From NCBI GenBank assembly GCA_046581755.1, contig JAYGFR010000232.1:1-34646 (forward strand): a DNA stretch of 34,646 bases, given 5' to 3'. Of the stretch, positions 19,754 through 29,431 are shown piece after piece (within the stretch, counting starts at the first letter, position 1; every line of letters starts with the position of its first letter). This stretch comes from Nitrospinota bacterium (GTDB lineage: Bacteria; UBA8248). The position numbers were made by a program, and so were the translations under genes. The notes under the pieces were generated by a model, which was given only the letters and a program-made list of their open reading frames with translations, had not been told where the DNA came from and did not search any database.

Positions 19754-20869
19754 TTAGGCCGGTTTTTTCCGATAAAACGGCGTCTTCACAACCTTCGCTG
19801 CCCGGGGCTTGCCCCGGATGTCCACCTCGACCCCGCTCCCCTCGACTGCATGAGAAATGGGAACGTAGCCGATACCGATGGCTTTGCCAACCGTTGGGCT
19901 CATCGTTCCGCTCGTCACCTCCCCGGCAGGGTCGCCATCGACGAGAATCGGCGCCCCGTGACGGGGAATGCCCCGGTCCACCATCTCGATTCCGACAAGC
20001 TTGCGGCCGATTCCCCGCTCCTTGATCTCGGCCAGCCGGTCGCTCCCGGTGAAATCCCCCGCCTTGAACTTCACCACCCAGCCCAGCCCGGCTTCGAGGG
20101 GATTCGTCGTCTCGTCGATATCGTTTCCGTAGAGGGCGTATTTCATCTCGGTCCGGAGGGTATCCCGGGCCCCGAGACCGCACGGAATCAGCCCGCGCCC
20201 GGCCCCGGCCGAAAGCAGCGCATCCCACACCTGGGGGGCGTCCCCGGCGGCGAGATAGAGTTCGAAGCCGTCTTCCCCGGTATATCCCGTCCTCGATACA
20301 AGAACCTTGCGCCCGGCCACCTCCCGCTCGGCGGAGGTGTAATAGGCGATGGCCTCCAAATCCCCGCCGCCGGGAATTAGCCCGGCCAGAATTTTCTCCG
20401 CCTCAGGTCCCTGGGGAGCGATGAGAGCCGTTTCCTCGCTGATGTTCCGGAACGTGCAGCCCGCCCCGTTCCGGGCGGTCATCCACTCCCAATCCTTTTC
20501 GATATTGGCCGCGTTCACGACGGCCATGAAACGTTCCGGCTCCAGGCGGTAGAGGGTCAGGTCGTCCACAATGCCGCCGTCCTCCTGGCACATCACCGAA
20601 TAGAGGACCTTCCCCACCTCGAGCTTCTTCACGTTGTTCGACAGGAGCCCCTGGAGAAAATCCGCCGCCCCGGGTCCCGCCGCTTCGAACTCCCCCATGT
20701 GGCTGATGTCGAACAGGCCCGCCGCCCCGCGAACCGATCGGTGCTCTTCGATCACTCCCCGGTATTGAACGGGCATCTCGAAGCCTGCGAACGGAACCAT
20801 CTTCGCTCCGGCCCGGAGATGCGCTTCGTGGAGCGGCGTCCGCAGGAGGGTTTCCCCGGGCTCCGTCAT
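19754..20869 (-). CDS. gcvT: Aminomethyltransferase, glycine cleavage T protein
   Basis: RTPL, MPVQY, FDISHMG, RTGYTGEDGFE and GLGARDTLR.E motifs. Confidence 0.97.
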   Translation of the reverse strand: MTEPGETLLRTPLHEAHLRAGAKMVPFAGFEMPVQYRGVIEEHRSVRGAAGLFDISHMGEFEAAGPGAADFLQGLLSNNVKKLEVGKVLYSVMCQEDGGIVDDLTLYRLEPERFMAVVNAANIEKDWEWMTARNGAGCTFRNISEETALIAPQGPEAEKILAGLIPGGGDLEAIAYYTSAEREVAGRKVLVSRTGYTGEDGFELYLAAGDAPQVWDALLSAGAGRGLIPCGLGARDTLRTEMKYALYGNDIDETTNPLEAGLGWVVKFKAGDFTGSDRLAEIKERGIGRKLVGIEMVDRGIPRHGAPILVDGDPAGEVTSGTMSPTVGKAIGIGYVPISHAVEGSGVEVDIRGKPRAAKVVKTPFYRKKPA

Positions 20870-21062
20870 AGGCCACCTCTTCTGGGATAATCGAAACGAG
20901 CCGAACTGATGAATTCGAGGATTACCGGTTCCGGGGCCGAATTACAAGAAGGAAATTTTATCGCGAAACGCGCGCTGGGACCCGGGCGGGCAATAAACGC
21001 ACAGTTCATTGATTATCAACATATTAAAGAGGAATATCCCGGGCGTGCAGACACCCCCGCAG

Positions 21063-22214
21063 CTAGCCGAACGCCCGAATCCCGGTCTCGAATCCGGCGA
21101 TTATGAGCTTTTGAATCTGGCTGGTTCCCTCGTAGATGGTCCCCACCCGGGCGTCCCGCATATAGCGCTCCACCGGGTATTCGTTGCTGTAGCCCATCCC
21201 CCCGTGAATCTGGATCGCGTCGTTGGCGCACCGGACGGCGGCCTCGGTCGCATAATATTTGGCGATCGAGGTTTCCCGGGTGTTGGACTGGCCCGCATTT
21301 TTGAGCTCGCCCGCCCGGTAGATGAGGAGGCGGCTGGCGTCGATGTCCACCACCATGCGCGCGATCATCTCCTGAACAAGCTGGTGCCCGGCGATGGGCT
21401 TGCCGAATGTGTGGCGCTCCTTCGCGTAGGCGACCGAGGCCTCAAGCGAGGCCCGCGCGATGCCCAGGCAACCCGAGGCGACCGAGTAGCGCCCGTTGTC
21501 CAGGGCGCTCATCGCCACCTTGAACCCATCGCCCACCTCCCCCAGCAACGCCTCTTCGGGAACCTCCACCCCGTCCAGATAGAGTTCGGTCGTGTTCGAG
21601 CTTCGAAGGCCGAGCTTGCCGTGCATGTCCTTGGACTCGAATCCGGGGGTGTCGGTCTCCACCAGAAAAGCGGCCATGCGGCGGTGATTTTCCTTGTCGG
21701 TCTGGGCGATGACGATGGCGAGCCGGGCGACGCCGCCGTTGCTGATCCATATCTTCCGCCCGTCGATCCGCCACCCGCCTTCGGTTTTCGCCGCAAAGGT
21801 TTTGAGATGCTGGGCGTCGGAGCCGATGTCGGGTTCTGTCAGGGCAAAGCACCCCAGCCATTCGGCCGTGCAGAGCCGGGGGAGATATTTTTGTTTTTGC
21901 GCCTCATCGCCCCACTTGAGGATGGTGGTGGCGACCAGGGACACCTGGACGGACAGCGCGGTGCGCACCGAGCTGCACACCTTGCTGATCTCCTCGATCA
22001 CGACCGAGTAGGCGATGTAGTCCATCCCGGCGCCGCCGTAGACCTCGGGAATCACGCCCCCGAAAAACCCCAGCTCGCCCATCTCGCGAACGATGTCGGC
22101 GGGGAAGCGCTCGTCGATATCGTTCTGGCGGGCGACGGGCGCAATCCGGCTGGCTGCGAATTCGGCGGCGGTATCCCTGAGAAGCCGCTGGGCCTCGTTC
22201 AGTTCGAAATCCAT
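21063..22214 (-). CDS. Acyl-CoA dehydrogenase (short-chain/butyryl-CoA type)
   Basis: CFALTEP..GSDA, G.K.WISNG, QIHGGMGY and IYEGTSQIQ motifs. Confidence 0.95.
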   Translation of the reverse strand: MDFELNEAQRLLRDTAAEFAASRIAPVARQNDIDERFPADIVREMGELGFFGGVIPEVYGGAGMDYIAYSVVIEEISKVCSSVRTALSVQVSLVATTILKWGDEAQKQKYLPRLCTAEWLGCFALTEPDIGSDAQHLKTFAAKTEGGWRIDGRKIWISNGGVARLAIVIAQTDKENHRRMAAFLVETDTPGFESKDMHGKLGLRSSNTTELYLDGVEVPEEALLGEVGDGFKVAMSALDNGRYSVASGCLGIARASLEASVAYAKERHTFGKPIAGHQLVQEMIARMVVDIDASRLLIYRAGELKNAGQSNTRETSIAKYYATEAAVRCANDAIQIHGGMGYSNEYPVERYMRDARVGTIYEGTSQIQKLIIAGFETGIRAFG

Positions 22215-22220
22215 CCGGCC

Positions 22221-23078
22221 TCAGTCCTCGTAGGTATAGAACCCGCGCCCGCTCTTCCGGCCCAGATGGCCCGCGCGGACCATTTTTTTCAAAAGGAAAT
22301 TCGGGCGGTAGCGCTGGTCGCCCAGCTCGCGGTAGAGCGTCTCGGTCTTGGCGAGGTGAATATCCACGCCGATGAGATCGATCAACTCCAGCGGCCCCAT
22401 GGGAAACCCGCAGCCCATTTTCAGGGCGGCGTCGATATCCTCGGCCGAGGCGAGCCCCTGAGCGAACACCTCGACGGCCTCGTTGAGCGACCCGGCCAGC
22501 ACCCGGCTTCCGATTCCGGCGGGGCTGTCGAAGCGGGCCTGGACGGGCTGCTTGCCCAGCGCCTCGGCCAGCCCCCTCACCGCTTCGATCGTCTCCGGCG
22601 CCGTCCCGATGCCGGGCATGATCTCGACCAGCTTCATGACGACCGGGGGGTTGAAAAAGTGCATCCCGATCACTTTGTCCGGCCGGGAGGTCGCCGCCGC
22701 CATCTCGCTGATGGAGAGCGAGGTGGTGTTCGAGGCGAAAATGGTCCGCTCGGGCGCGGCCTCATCGAGCGCGGCCAGGATATCCTTCTTGAGCCCCATG
22801 TCCTCGAATACGGCCTCGATCACGACATCCGCATCCGAGGCGGCGCCGTAGCCCGCCCCCACGGAGATCCGGGACAAAATTTCGTCCTTGTCCCCGGCGC
22901 TCATTTTTCCCTGCTCGACCCGGCGCGCCATCCGCTTCTCCAGGCCGGCCACGGCTTTCGCGACGATGTCCTCGCTCTGGTCCGTGAGGGTGACCGGGAT
23001 GCCTCCCTGGGCGAAAATCTGGGCGATGCCCGCGCCCATCGTACCGGCGCCCACCACTATCGCCTTCTTGAATTCCAT
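22221..23078 (-). CDS. 3-hydroxyacyl-CoA (3-hydroxybutyryl-CoA) dehydrogenase
   Basis: GAGTMGAGIA, EAVFE, ASNTTS, HFFNPP..M.LVE and PMGPL.L.D.IG.D motifs. Confidence 0.93.
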   Translation of the reverse strand: MEFKKAIVVGAGTMGAGIAQIFAQGGIPVTLTDQSEDIVAKAVAGLEKRMARRVEQGKMSAGDKDEILSRISVGAGYGAASDADVVIEAVFEDMGLKKDILAALDEAAPERTIFASNTTSLSISEMAAATSRPDKVIGMHFFNPPVVMKLVEIMPGIGTAPETIEAVRGLAEALGKQPVQARFDSPAGIGSRVLAGSLNEAVEVFAQGLASAEDIDAALKMGCGFPMGPLELIDLIGVDIHLAKTETLYRELGDQRYRPNFLLKKMVRAGHLGRKSGRGFYTYED

Positions 23079-23117
23079 CTCGATCGTTCCTTTCCGCCGA
23101 ATCCGCCGGGTCCGGTC

Positions 23118-24305
23118 TTATGAAACCACGCGCTGGAGAACCACCGCCACGCCCTGCCCGCCGCCGATGCACGCGCTCACGACACCGAACTCTCCGCCCC
23201 TTTGCTTGAGGGCGCTCAGGCAGGTGGCAATGAGCTTCCCGCCGGTCGCGCCGACGGGGTGCCCGAGGGCGATGGCCCCGCCGTGGACGTTCAGCTTCCC
23301 GCGGTCCCACGCCAACTCGCGCTCGCAAGCGATAATCTGGGCGGCAAAAGCCTCGTTCACTTCGATCAGGTCCATATCCGCCAGATCGAGGCCCGCCCGA
23401 TCGAGCGCCTTGGGAATCGCCGTGACCGGGCCCAGCCCCATGAAGCGGGGCTCGACGCCCGTCGAGCCATAGCCCCGGAGGATGGCGATGGGCTTCGCGC
23501 CGAGTTCATCGGCCTTTTCACGCGAGGCGAGAACCAGGGCCGAGCCCGCGTCCGCCTGGGTGCAGGCGTTTCCGGCGGTGACGGAGCCGCTCTCGTTGAA
23601 AACGGGTTTGAGCCTGGCGAGCTTTTCCATCGAAAGCCCGGCGCGCGGGGTCTCGTCTTCGCCGAACGTGGTGACGCCGCCCTTGCAGTCCTTGAGTTCG
23701 ACCGGGACGATTTCGTCCGCGAATTTTCCGCCCGCGATGGCGGCGGCGGCTTTTTCCTGGCTTTCGAGGGCGTAGGCGTCCTGCTCCTCGCGCGTGAGGT
23801 TGTAGCGCTCGGCGAGATTTTCCGCCGTGTTCCCCATCAGCTCGCCCGCCAGCGGGCAAGAGTAGCCGTCCTTGTAAATGAGATCGAGAAACTCGGCGTT
23901 GCCGAAACGGTTGCCCCAGCGCGCGCCCGGCTGGACGTAGGGAACGTTTGTGGTGCTCTCGGCCCCCCCGGCGAGGACGAGATCGGCATCCCCCGCGCGA
24001 ATGGCCTGGGCGCCGAGGGCCGCCGTTTTGATACTCGAGCCGCAGCGCTTGTTGATCGTGAACGCCGGGACCGTTACGGGGAGCCCCGCGCCGACCGCGA
24101 TCAGGCGCGCCGAATTGGGGCCCACCCCCGCCTGCCACCCGTTGCCGATGATCACCTCGTCGAATTCTCCGGAGGCGGCGCCCGAGCGGCGGATCGCTTC
24201 TCTCGCCGCGTGGACGCCCAGGTCCACCACGGATTGATTTTTCAGCGAGCCGCCAAACGCGCCACCGGCGGTCCGCACGCTGCTTAAGATAACCACTTCT
24301 TTCAT
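23118..24305 (-). CDS. Acetyl-CoA C-acyltransferase (thiolase)
   Basis: INKRCGSS, VNEAFA, GGAIALGHPVGATG and CIGGGQG motifs. Confidence 0.96.
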   Translation of the reverse strand: MKEVVILSSVRTAGGAFGGSLKNQSVVDLGVHAAREAIRRSGAASGEFDEVIIGNGWQAGVGPNSARLIAVGAGLPVTVPAFTINKRCGSSIKTAALGAQAIRAGDADLVLAGGAESTTNVPYVQPGARWGNRFGNAEFLDLIYKDGYSCPLAGELMGNTAENLAERYNLTREEQDAYALESQEKAAAAIAGGKFADEIVPVELKDCKGGVTTFGEDETPRAGLSMEKLARLKPVFNESGSVTAGNACTQADAGSALVLASREKADELGAKPIAILRGYGSTGVEPRFMGLGPVTAIPKALDRAGLDLADMDLIEVNEAFAAQIIACERELAWDRGKLNVHGGAIALGHPVGATGGKLIATCLSALKQRGGEFGVVSACIGGGQGVAVVLQRVVS

Positions 24306-24377
24306 GTGCATCAGCTCCTGTCACGATTTCCGGACTAGACGGGGATTCGAATCTCGTTCCGGTGAATGGGATACCAG

Positions 24378-24430
24378 GCGGCCTGCGAAGGTGCGGCCCG
24401 CGGAGGTGCGGCCTGCAAGGTGCGGCTCGC
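24378..24430. repeat. Tandem 15-bp repeat (GCGGCCTGCGAAGGT), about 3.5 copies
   Basis: Units at 24378, 24393, 24408 (14 nt) and a partial unit at 24422. Confidence 0.85.
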
Positions 24431-24489
24431 CCAGTGGTTTTATGGCACACCGGATACCGACCGGCAAGACGGGCGATGGACGCGAGGCG

Positions 24490-25455
24490 CTAGGCGCTGC
24501 CGGCCCGCTGGCGCAGATCCTCCAGCGCGTCCAGGAAATCCCGCGGCGGCCCGGCTTCGAGTTCGCAGGGTTCCTTCGTCACCGGATGATCGAACGCCAG
24601 CCGGTAGGCGTGGAGGGCCTGGCGGGGAATCAGGGTCTCGGCTTCTTTTTTCTTTGGCCGCTTTCCGCGCCCCGGAAGGCGCCCTCGCCCGTAGACCGGA
24701 TCTCCCAGGATCGGAAATCCGATGTGATTGAGATGGACGCGAATTTGGTGCGTCCGGCCCGTCTCGAGGCGCACCTCGATCAGCGCCGCTCCAATGAGCG
24801 CCTCGCGCACCGTGTAGTGCGTCACGGCCTCCCGGCCTCCCTGGACCACGGCCATCGCTGTGCGGCGGGTGGGATGGCGCGCGATGGGGGCATCGACCGT
24901 TCCGCTGCCGCGCCTCGGAACGCCCCGGACAAGGGCCAGATAGCGCCGGTGGATGCGGCGGGCCTTGAGGGCATTGGAGAGGCGGCGGTGGACGATATCG
25001 GACTTGGCGACGAGGAGAAGGCCCGAGGTGTCCTTGTCGAGGCGATGGACGATGCCGGGGCGCTCGACGCCCCCGATGCCTGAGAGCTGGCCGCGGCAGT
25101 GGTAGAGGAGTGCGCTTACCAGGGTTCCTTCGCGCCGGCCCGCACCCGGATGCACCACCATGCCGGGGGGCTTGTTCACGGCGAGAAGGTGCTCATCCTC
25201 ATAGCGCACGTCGAGAGGGATGTTTTCGGGCTCCAGATGATGCGGCGTGGGAGGCGGAATCCGGACCTCGAGCCGGGCGCCTGTCGGCACCTTTCGGCTC
25301 GCCTTGCGGGCCGCCCGGCCATTCACCAGGACGCAACCCTCGCGAATGAGCCCCTGGATCCGCGCCCGGGAAAGATCCGAGAACCGGCCGGCCAAAAAAG
25401 CGTCCAGGCGCGGCGCCCCCCCTTCGCACACGAGCCGTCGCCCTCCGGAGGCCAT
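24490..25455 (-). CDS. rluD: RluA/RluD-family 23S rRNA pseudouridine synthase with an S4 domain
   Basis: RLD.FL, NKPPGMVVHP, HRLDKDTSG, LETGRTHQIRVH and RQALHA motifs. Confidence 0.9.
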   Translation of the reverse strand: MASGGRRLVCEGGAPRLDAFLAGRFSDLSRARIQGLIREGCVLVNGRAARKASRKVPTGARLEVRIPPPTPHHLEPENIPLDVRYEDEHLLAVNKPPGMVVHPGAGRREGTLVSALLYHCRGQLSGIGGVERPGIVHRLDKDTSGLLLVAKSDIVHRRLSNALKARRIHRRYLALVRGVPRRGSGTVDAPIARHPTRRTAMAVVQGGREAVTHYTVREALIGAALIEVRLETGRTHQIRVHLNHIGFPILGDPVYGRGRLPGRGKRPKKKEAETLIPRQALHAYRLAFDHPVTKEPCELEAGPPRDFLDALEDLRQRAGSA

Positions 25456-25462
25456 CCCCGCC

Positions 25463-25996
25463 TTAGAGTTTCACCAGCGAGTCGATCACGCGCGTTCGCC
25501 GGTAGGCCGTCCCGCGGACATGGTGCCCCTCCGCGAATATTTCAAAATAACCCCGGCCGGCCATGAACCATCCCTCCGAAAGGGCGAAATTCGTGCCATA
25601 TGCCAGCGGGCGGTGATCGTCGCCGCGCACGATGCGGAGATGAAATTTGTCCTCGAGGAAGGCGATGCGGTTCCAGAAAAGGGAGGCGCTTTTCCCCGAT
25701 ACCTTGCCCGCGATGGGAATGGGTTTGTCGAACAGGTCCCACAGCACCCGGCCCCCCCGGTAGAGGGAAAAGGCGAACACGACGGCGGCGGCGGAGAGGA
25801 CGACGGCATTCGGCGCCGCCCCCCTCCAGAGCTCCGTAAAAGCGGCCGCCAATGCGGCGGCGAAGCTCAGCAGGGCGGCGATGCCCCAGAACGCGACGGC
25901 GTTTTTCAGGTAGTGAACCGCATACCCCCTCGCCAACACCACCGACGGGGGAACGGGATTATCACCCTCGAAACTATGTTTGAGAAATGGGCCCAT
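25463..25996 (-). CDS. Hypothetical membrane protein (two predicted TM helices, 177 aa)
   Basis: Fills the gap between lspA and rluD on the operon strand. Hydrophobic segments AVAFWGIAALLSFAAALAAAF and AVVLSAAAVVFAFSLY. Start uncertain. Confidence 0.65.
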   Translation of the reverse strand: MGPFLKHSFEGDNPVPPSVVLARGYAVHYLKNAVAFWGIAALLSFAAALAAAFTELWRGAAPNAVVLSAAAVVFAFSLYRGGRVLWDLFDKPIPIAGKVSGKSASLFWNRIAFLEDKFHLRIVRGDDHRPLAYGTNFALSEGWFMAGRGYFEIFAEGHHVRGTAYRRTRVIDSLVKL

Positions 25997-26558
25997 CGCC
26001 TGATTCGCTCCCCGATCCGTCCGGCAAATCACCGTTTGGCAAATCACCGCTGGGCGGCTTTCCGCCGGAGGGCTCCCCATACGGGTTTCGGAACAAGTCC
26101 ACCGCCAGAAAAACCACCCCGACGGTAATGCATGAATCGGCTAGATTAAAAGCCGGCCAGGAATAGCCCCGGTAGTAAAAGAGGACGAAGTCGATCACCT
26201 CACCGTAGGCCACCCGGTCCACGAGGTTTCCAAGGCCGCCGCCCGAAATCATAACCAGCCCCACCCGGCCCCAGCGGGTCTCGGGCGGGTTGAAGCGGTA
26301 AAGATAAAAAACGAACCCGAGGGCGGCGAGCGTCGCCACGATGAAAAACGTCCTCCCCCAGACAGGGGGCAGCCCGGCGAGCAGGCTGAAGGCCCCGCCC
26401 CGGTTCCGGTAGTAGGTGAAGCTAAAAAATCCGGGGATGATGGTCAGGCTCTCGCCCAGAGCGAAATTCGCCACGACGGCGAGTTTCATGATCTGGTCCG
26501 CAAGGGCGATCAGGACCGATGAAACGAAGAAGGGGACCAGCTTCGGGGCGCGGCTCAC
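25974..26558 (-). CDS. lspA: Lipoprotein signal peptidase II
   Basis: DQ..K, NRGGAFS, GG.GNL.DR, VIDF and FNLAD motifs. The GTG start overlaps the ileS TGA. Confidence 0.95.
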   Translation of the reverse strand: MSRAPKLVPFFVSSVLIALADQIMKLAVVANFALGESLTIIPGFFSFTYYRNRGGAFSLLAGLPPVWGRTFFIVATLAALGFVFYLYRFNPPETRWGRVGLVMISGGGLGNLVDRVAYGEVIDFVLFYYRGYSWPAFNLADSCITVGVVFLAVDLFRNPYGEPSGGKPPSGDLPNGDLPDGSGSESGDGPISQT

Positions 26559-29416
26559 GAAATTTTTTCCGCCGCAATCCGGGCGCATCGGGCGGAGAGA
26601 TCGGAGAAGCGGGGATCGGAGCCCACGTCCTCTGAAATTTTCCAGGACATGGCGCACTTTCGACCCGCCGCCTCGCTCACTTCGACGGCGAGGCCTTCGA
26701 CCCCCTCGCTCCGGTAGGCGCCGCTGGGAGGCTCCTCCCCCTCCGGGGCCAGCGAGGCGCCCGAGACGATAAACACATCGGCCATCTCGTCCGCGAGCGG
26801 GGAGATTTTATCAAACAGGCCCTTGCCGGCGAACAGGCGGACCTGAAAATTGAGCGAGCTGCCCTTGCCCTTGCCCTGCTGATCCTGGCGCGTGCTCTCC
26901 AGCGCCTTGAGGACTTCCCCCCGTACGCGCAGGAGCGGCTCCCATTTCTCCTCGAGCGCCGGGTCGCGCCGCTCCGCCGAAGTGTCCGGGAAGGCCGCGA
27001 GGTGGATGCTCTCTCCGTGGGCCATCGGGGTGTGCCGGTAGACCTCCTCCGCCGTGAAGGTGAGGATGGGCGCCATCAGGCGAAGGAGAACATCGAGGAT
27101 TTCGTGCATGGTGGTCATGCCCGCCATGCGGTCCCGGCCGCCGGGAAGGGCGATGTAGACCCGGTCCTTGAGCACGTCGAGGTAGAACGCCGAAAGATCC
27201 ACCGCGCAAAAATTGTTCAGCGCGTGGTAGACGAGGTGAAAATCGTAGTCCGCATAGGCCTTTTTGATCCGCTCGATGAGGCAGTCGAGCCGGCTGACGA
27301 TGAGGCGGTCGATCTCGGGCCGCTCCCGCAAGGGAACCGAATCGGTCCCGGGATCGAAATCCTCGTAGTCGTGCAGATTGCCCAGGAGAAAGCGGCAGGT
27401 GTTCCGGACCCGCCGGTAGGCCTCGGCCAGCCGGGTCAGGATTTCCTGCGAGATGCGGATGTCCTCGCGGTAGTTCTCCCCGGCCACCCAAAGGCGAAGA
27501 ATCTCGGCCCCGTATTTTTTGATGACATCGTCGGGGGACATCGCGTTGCCCAGGCTCTTGCTCATCTTTTTGCCCAGCCCGTCCACGACATAGCCGTGGG
27601 TGAGGACCTCCCGGTAGGGCGCCGCGCCGCGCACGCCCACCGCCGCCAGAAGCGAGCTATGGAACCACCCGCGGTGCTGGTCGCTGCCCTCGAGGTACAT
27701 GTCCGCCGGCCAGGTGAGATCGGGGCGTTTCTCGACGACGGCGGCCTGGCTCACCCCCGAATCGAACCAGACGTCGAGGATGTCCATCTCTTTTTCGAAC
27801 GAGTTCCCCCCGCACGAGGGGCACTCGAACCCGGGCGGAAGGAGTTCGGCCGCCTCTTTTTCGAACCAGATGTCCGCCCCCCGCTCCTCCATCTGGTCCG
27901 CCACATGATCGACCACCTTCGAGTCCACGACGGCATGCTTGCAGGCGGTGCAGTGGAACACCACGATCGGCACCCCCCATGAGCGCTGCCGCGAGATGCA
28001 CCAGTCCGGGCGGTTTTCGATCATTCCGTATATGCGCTCTTCTCCCCAAGGGGGAATCCACCTCACCTTGCGGATTTCGTCGAGCGATTTTTGCCGGAGC
28101 CCGCCCTCGTCCATCGAGATGAACCACTGGGGGGTTGCCCGGAAGATGGTGGGCCGGTGGCTCCGCCAGTCGTGGGGATAGGGGTGCTCATAATCCTCCA
28201 CGCCGAAAAGCCCGCCACTGCCGCGCAAGAATTCGATGATATGGGGATCGGCGTCGAAAACGAACTGGCCCGCGAAATGTTCGATCTCTTCGGTGAATTT
28301 ACCGTCGTCATCCACCGGGCTGTACACCTCGAGGCCGTGCTGGAGACCGGTTTCGTAGTCATCACGCCCGTGGCCGGGGGCGGTGTGGACGACGCCCGTC
28401 CCCTGCTCGAGGGTCACGTAGTCGGCCGTGACGATGAGCGAGTCGCGGTCGATCCAGGCGTGGCGCGCCTTGAGCCCTTCGATCTCGCCGCCCTTGAAGG
28501 AGGCGATTTTTTCGAACCCCTTGGAACCTCCGGTTTCGCTCTCTTCGATCTGGGCCAGATGGGGCTGAAAATATTCGTGGAAGATCAGGATCTCATCGCC
28601 ATGGCGGTAGAGGCCGTATTCCAGTCCCGCGTGAAACGCCAGCGCGAGGTTCGCGGGCAGCGTCCAGGGCGTGGTCGTCCAGATGAGGATGGAGGGGTTC
28701 CTGCCCTTGAGCAGGCCCTTTAAGGCGGGGACCTTTTCTTCCCATTCGCTCGCCTGATCGTCCGCAACGGGAAAGCGGACGTAGATGCTCCGGGTGGTCA
28801 CGTCCTCGTATTCGACCTCGGCCTCGGCCAGCGCCGTCCGGAGGCCCGGCGCCCAGTGGACCGGCTTGAGGCCGAGATAGACGCTCCCGTTCTCCATGAA
28901 GCGGGCCAGTTCGCGGACGGTGCTCGCCTCATAGTCGTAGCTCATGGTGAGATACGGGTTCTCCCAGTCGCCGAACACGCCCAGGCGCTTGAATTCCCCT
29001 CGCTGGATGTCGATGAATTTTTCCGCATACTCGCGGCACATGCGGCGCTTTTCCACCGGATCGATCTCGAAGCGCCGGTCGCCGAGCTTTTTATCGACCT
29101 GATGTTCGATGGGCAGGCCGTGGCAGTCCCAGCCGGGGACGTAGACCGCGTTGAAGCCGGACATCTGTTTCGATTTGACAATAATGTCCTTGAGAACCTT
29201 GTTGAGAACGGTGCCCATGTGGATGTTGCCGTTCGCATAGGGCGGGCCGTCATGGAGGATGTACTTCTCCCTGTCCGCCGCGCTCGCGCGAAGCTTTTCG
29301 TATATCCCCGCCTCCTCCCAGGAGGCGAGCATCTCGGGCTCGCGGACGGGAAGGTTTCCCTTCATGGGAAACGAGGTCTTCGGCAGGTTGAGCAGCGATT
29401 TATAGTCCGCGGTCAT
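26555..29416 (-). CDS. ileS: Isoleucine--tRNA ligase (type 1)
   Basis: LHDGPPYANG, GWDCHGLP, WTTTPWTLP, WCISRQR, EGSDQHRGWF and KMSKS motifs. Confidence 0.98.
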   Translation of the reverse strand: MTADYKSLLNLPKTSFPMKGNLPVREPEMLASWEEAGIYEKLRASAADREKYILHDGPPYANGNIHMGTVLNKVLKDIIVKSKQMSGFNAVYVPGWDCHGLPIEHQVDKKLGDRRFEIDPVEKRRMCREYAEKFIDIQRGEFKRLGVFGDWENPYLTMSYDYEASTVRELARFMENGSVYLGLKPVHWAPGLRTALAEAEVEYEDVTTRSIYVRFPVADDQASEWEEKVPALKGLLKGRNPSILIWTTTPWTLPANLALAFHAGLEYGLYRHGDEILIFHEYFQPHLAQIEESETGGSKGFEKIASFKGGEIEGLKARHAWIDRDSLIVTADYVTLEQGTGVVHTAPGHGRDDYETGLQHGLEVYSPVDDDGKFTEEIEHFAGQFVFDADPHIIEFLRGSGGLFGVEDYEHPYPHDWRSHRPTIFRATPQWFISMDEGGLRQKSLDEIRKVRWIPPWGEERIYGMIENRPDWCISRQRSWGVPIVVFHCTACKHAVVDSKVVDHVADQMEERGADIWFEKEAAELLPPGFECPSCGGNSFEKEMDILDVWFDSGVSQAAVVEKRPDLTWPADMYLEGSDQHRGWFHSSLLAAVGVRGAAPYREVLTHGYVVDGLGKKMSKSLGNAMSPDDVIKKYGAEILRLWVAGENYREDIRISQEILTRLAEAYRRVRNTCRFLLGNLHDYEDFDPGTDSVPLRERPEIDRLIVSRLDCLIERIKKAYADYDFHLVYHALNNFCAVDLSAFYLDVLKDRVYIALPGGRDRMAGMTTMHEILDVLLRLMAPILTFTAEEVYRHTPMAHGESIHLAAFPDTSAERRDPALEEKWEPLLRVRGEVLKALESTRQDQQGKGKGSSLNFQVRLFAGKGLFDKISPLADEMADVFIVSGASLAPEGEEPPSGAYRSEGVEGLAVEVSEAAGRKCAMSWKISEDVGSDPRFSDLSARCARIAAEKIS

Positions 29417-29431
29417 TCCGTATCCATTCCG

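Noticed and set aside
19120..20940. CCGGTTCC(C)GG-like words in the gaps before gcvP, gcvH and gcvT
   Set aside because: They are short, GC-rich and inconsistent in orientation, so likely chance.
20870..21062. Glycine riboswitch upstream of gcvT
   Set aside because: The conserved GGAGA / CCGAAG / CTCTCAGG elements are not present on the minus strand.
24443..24460. Sigma54-like TGGCAC
   Set aside because: There is no TTGC at -12, and it points away from the thiolase gene.
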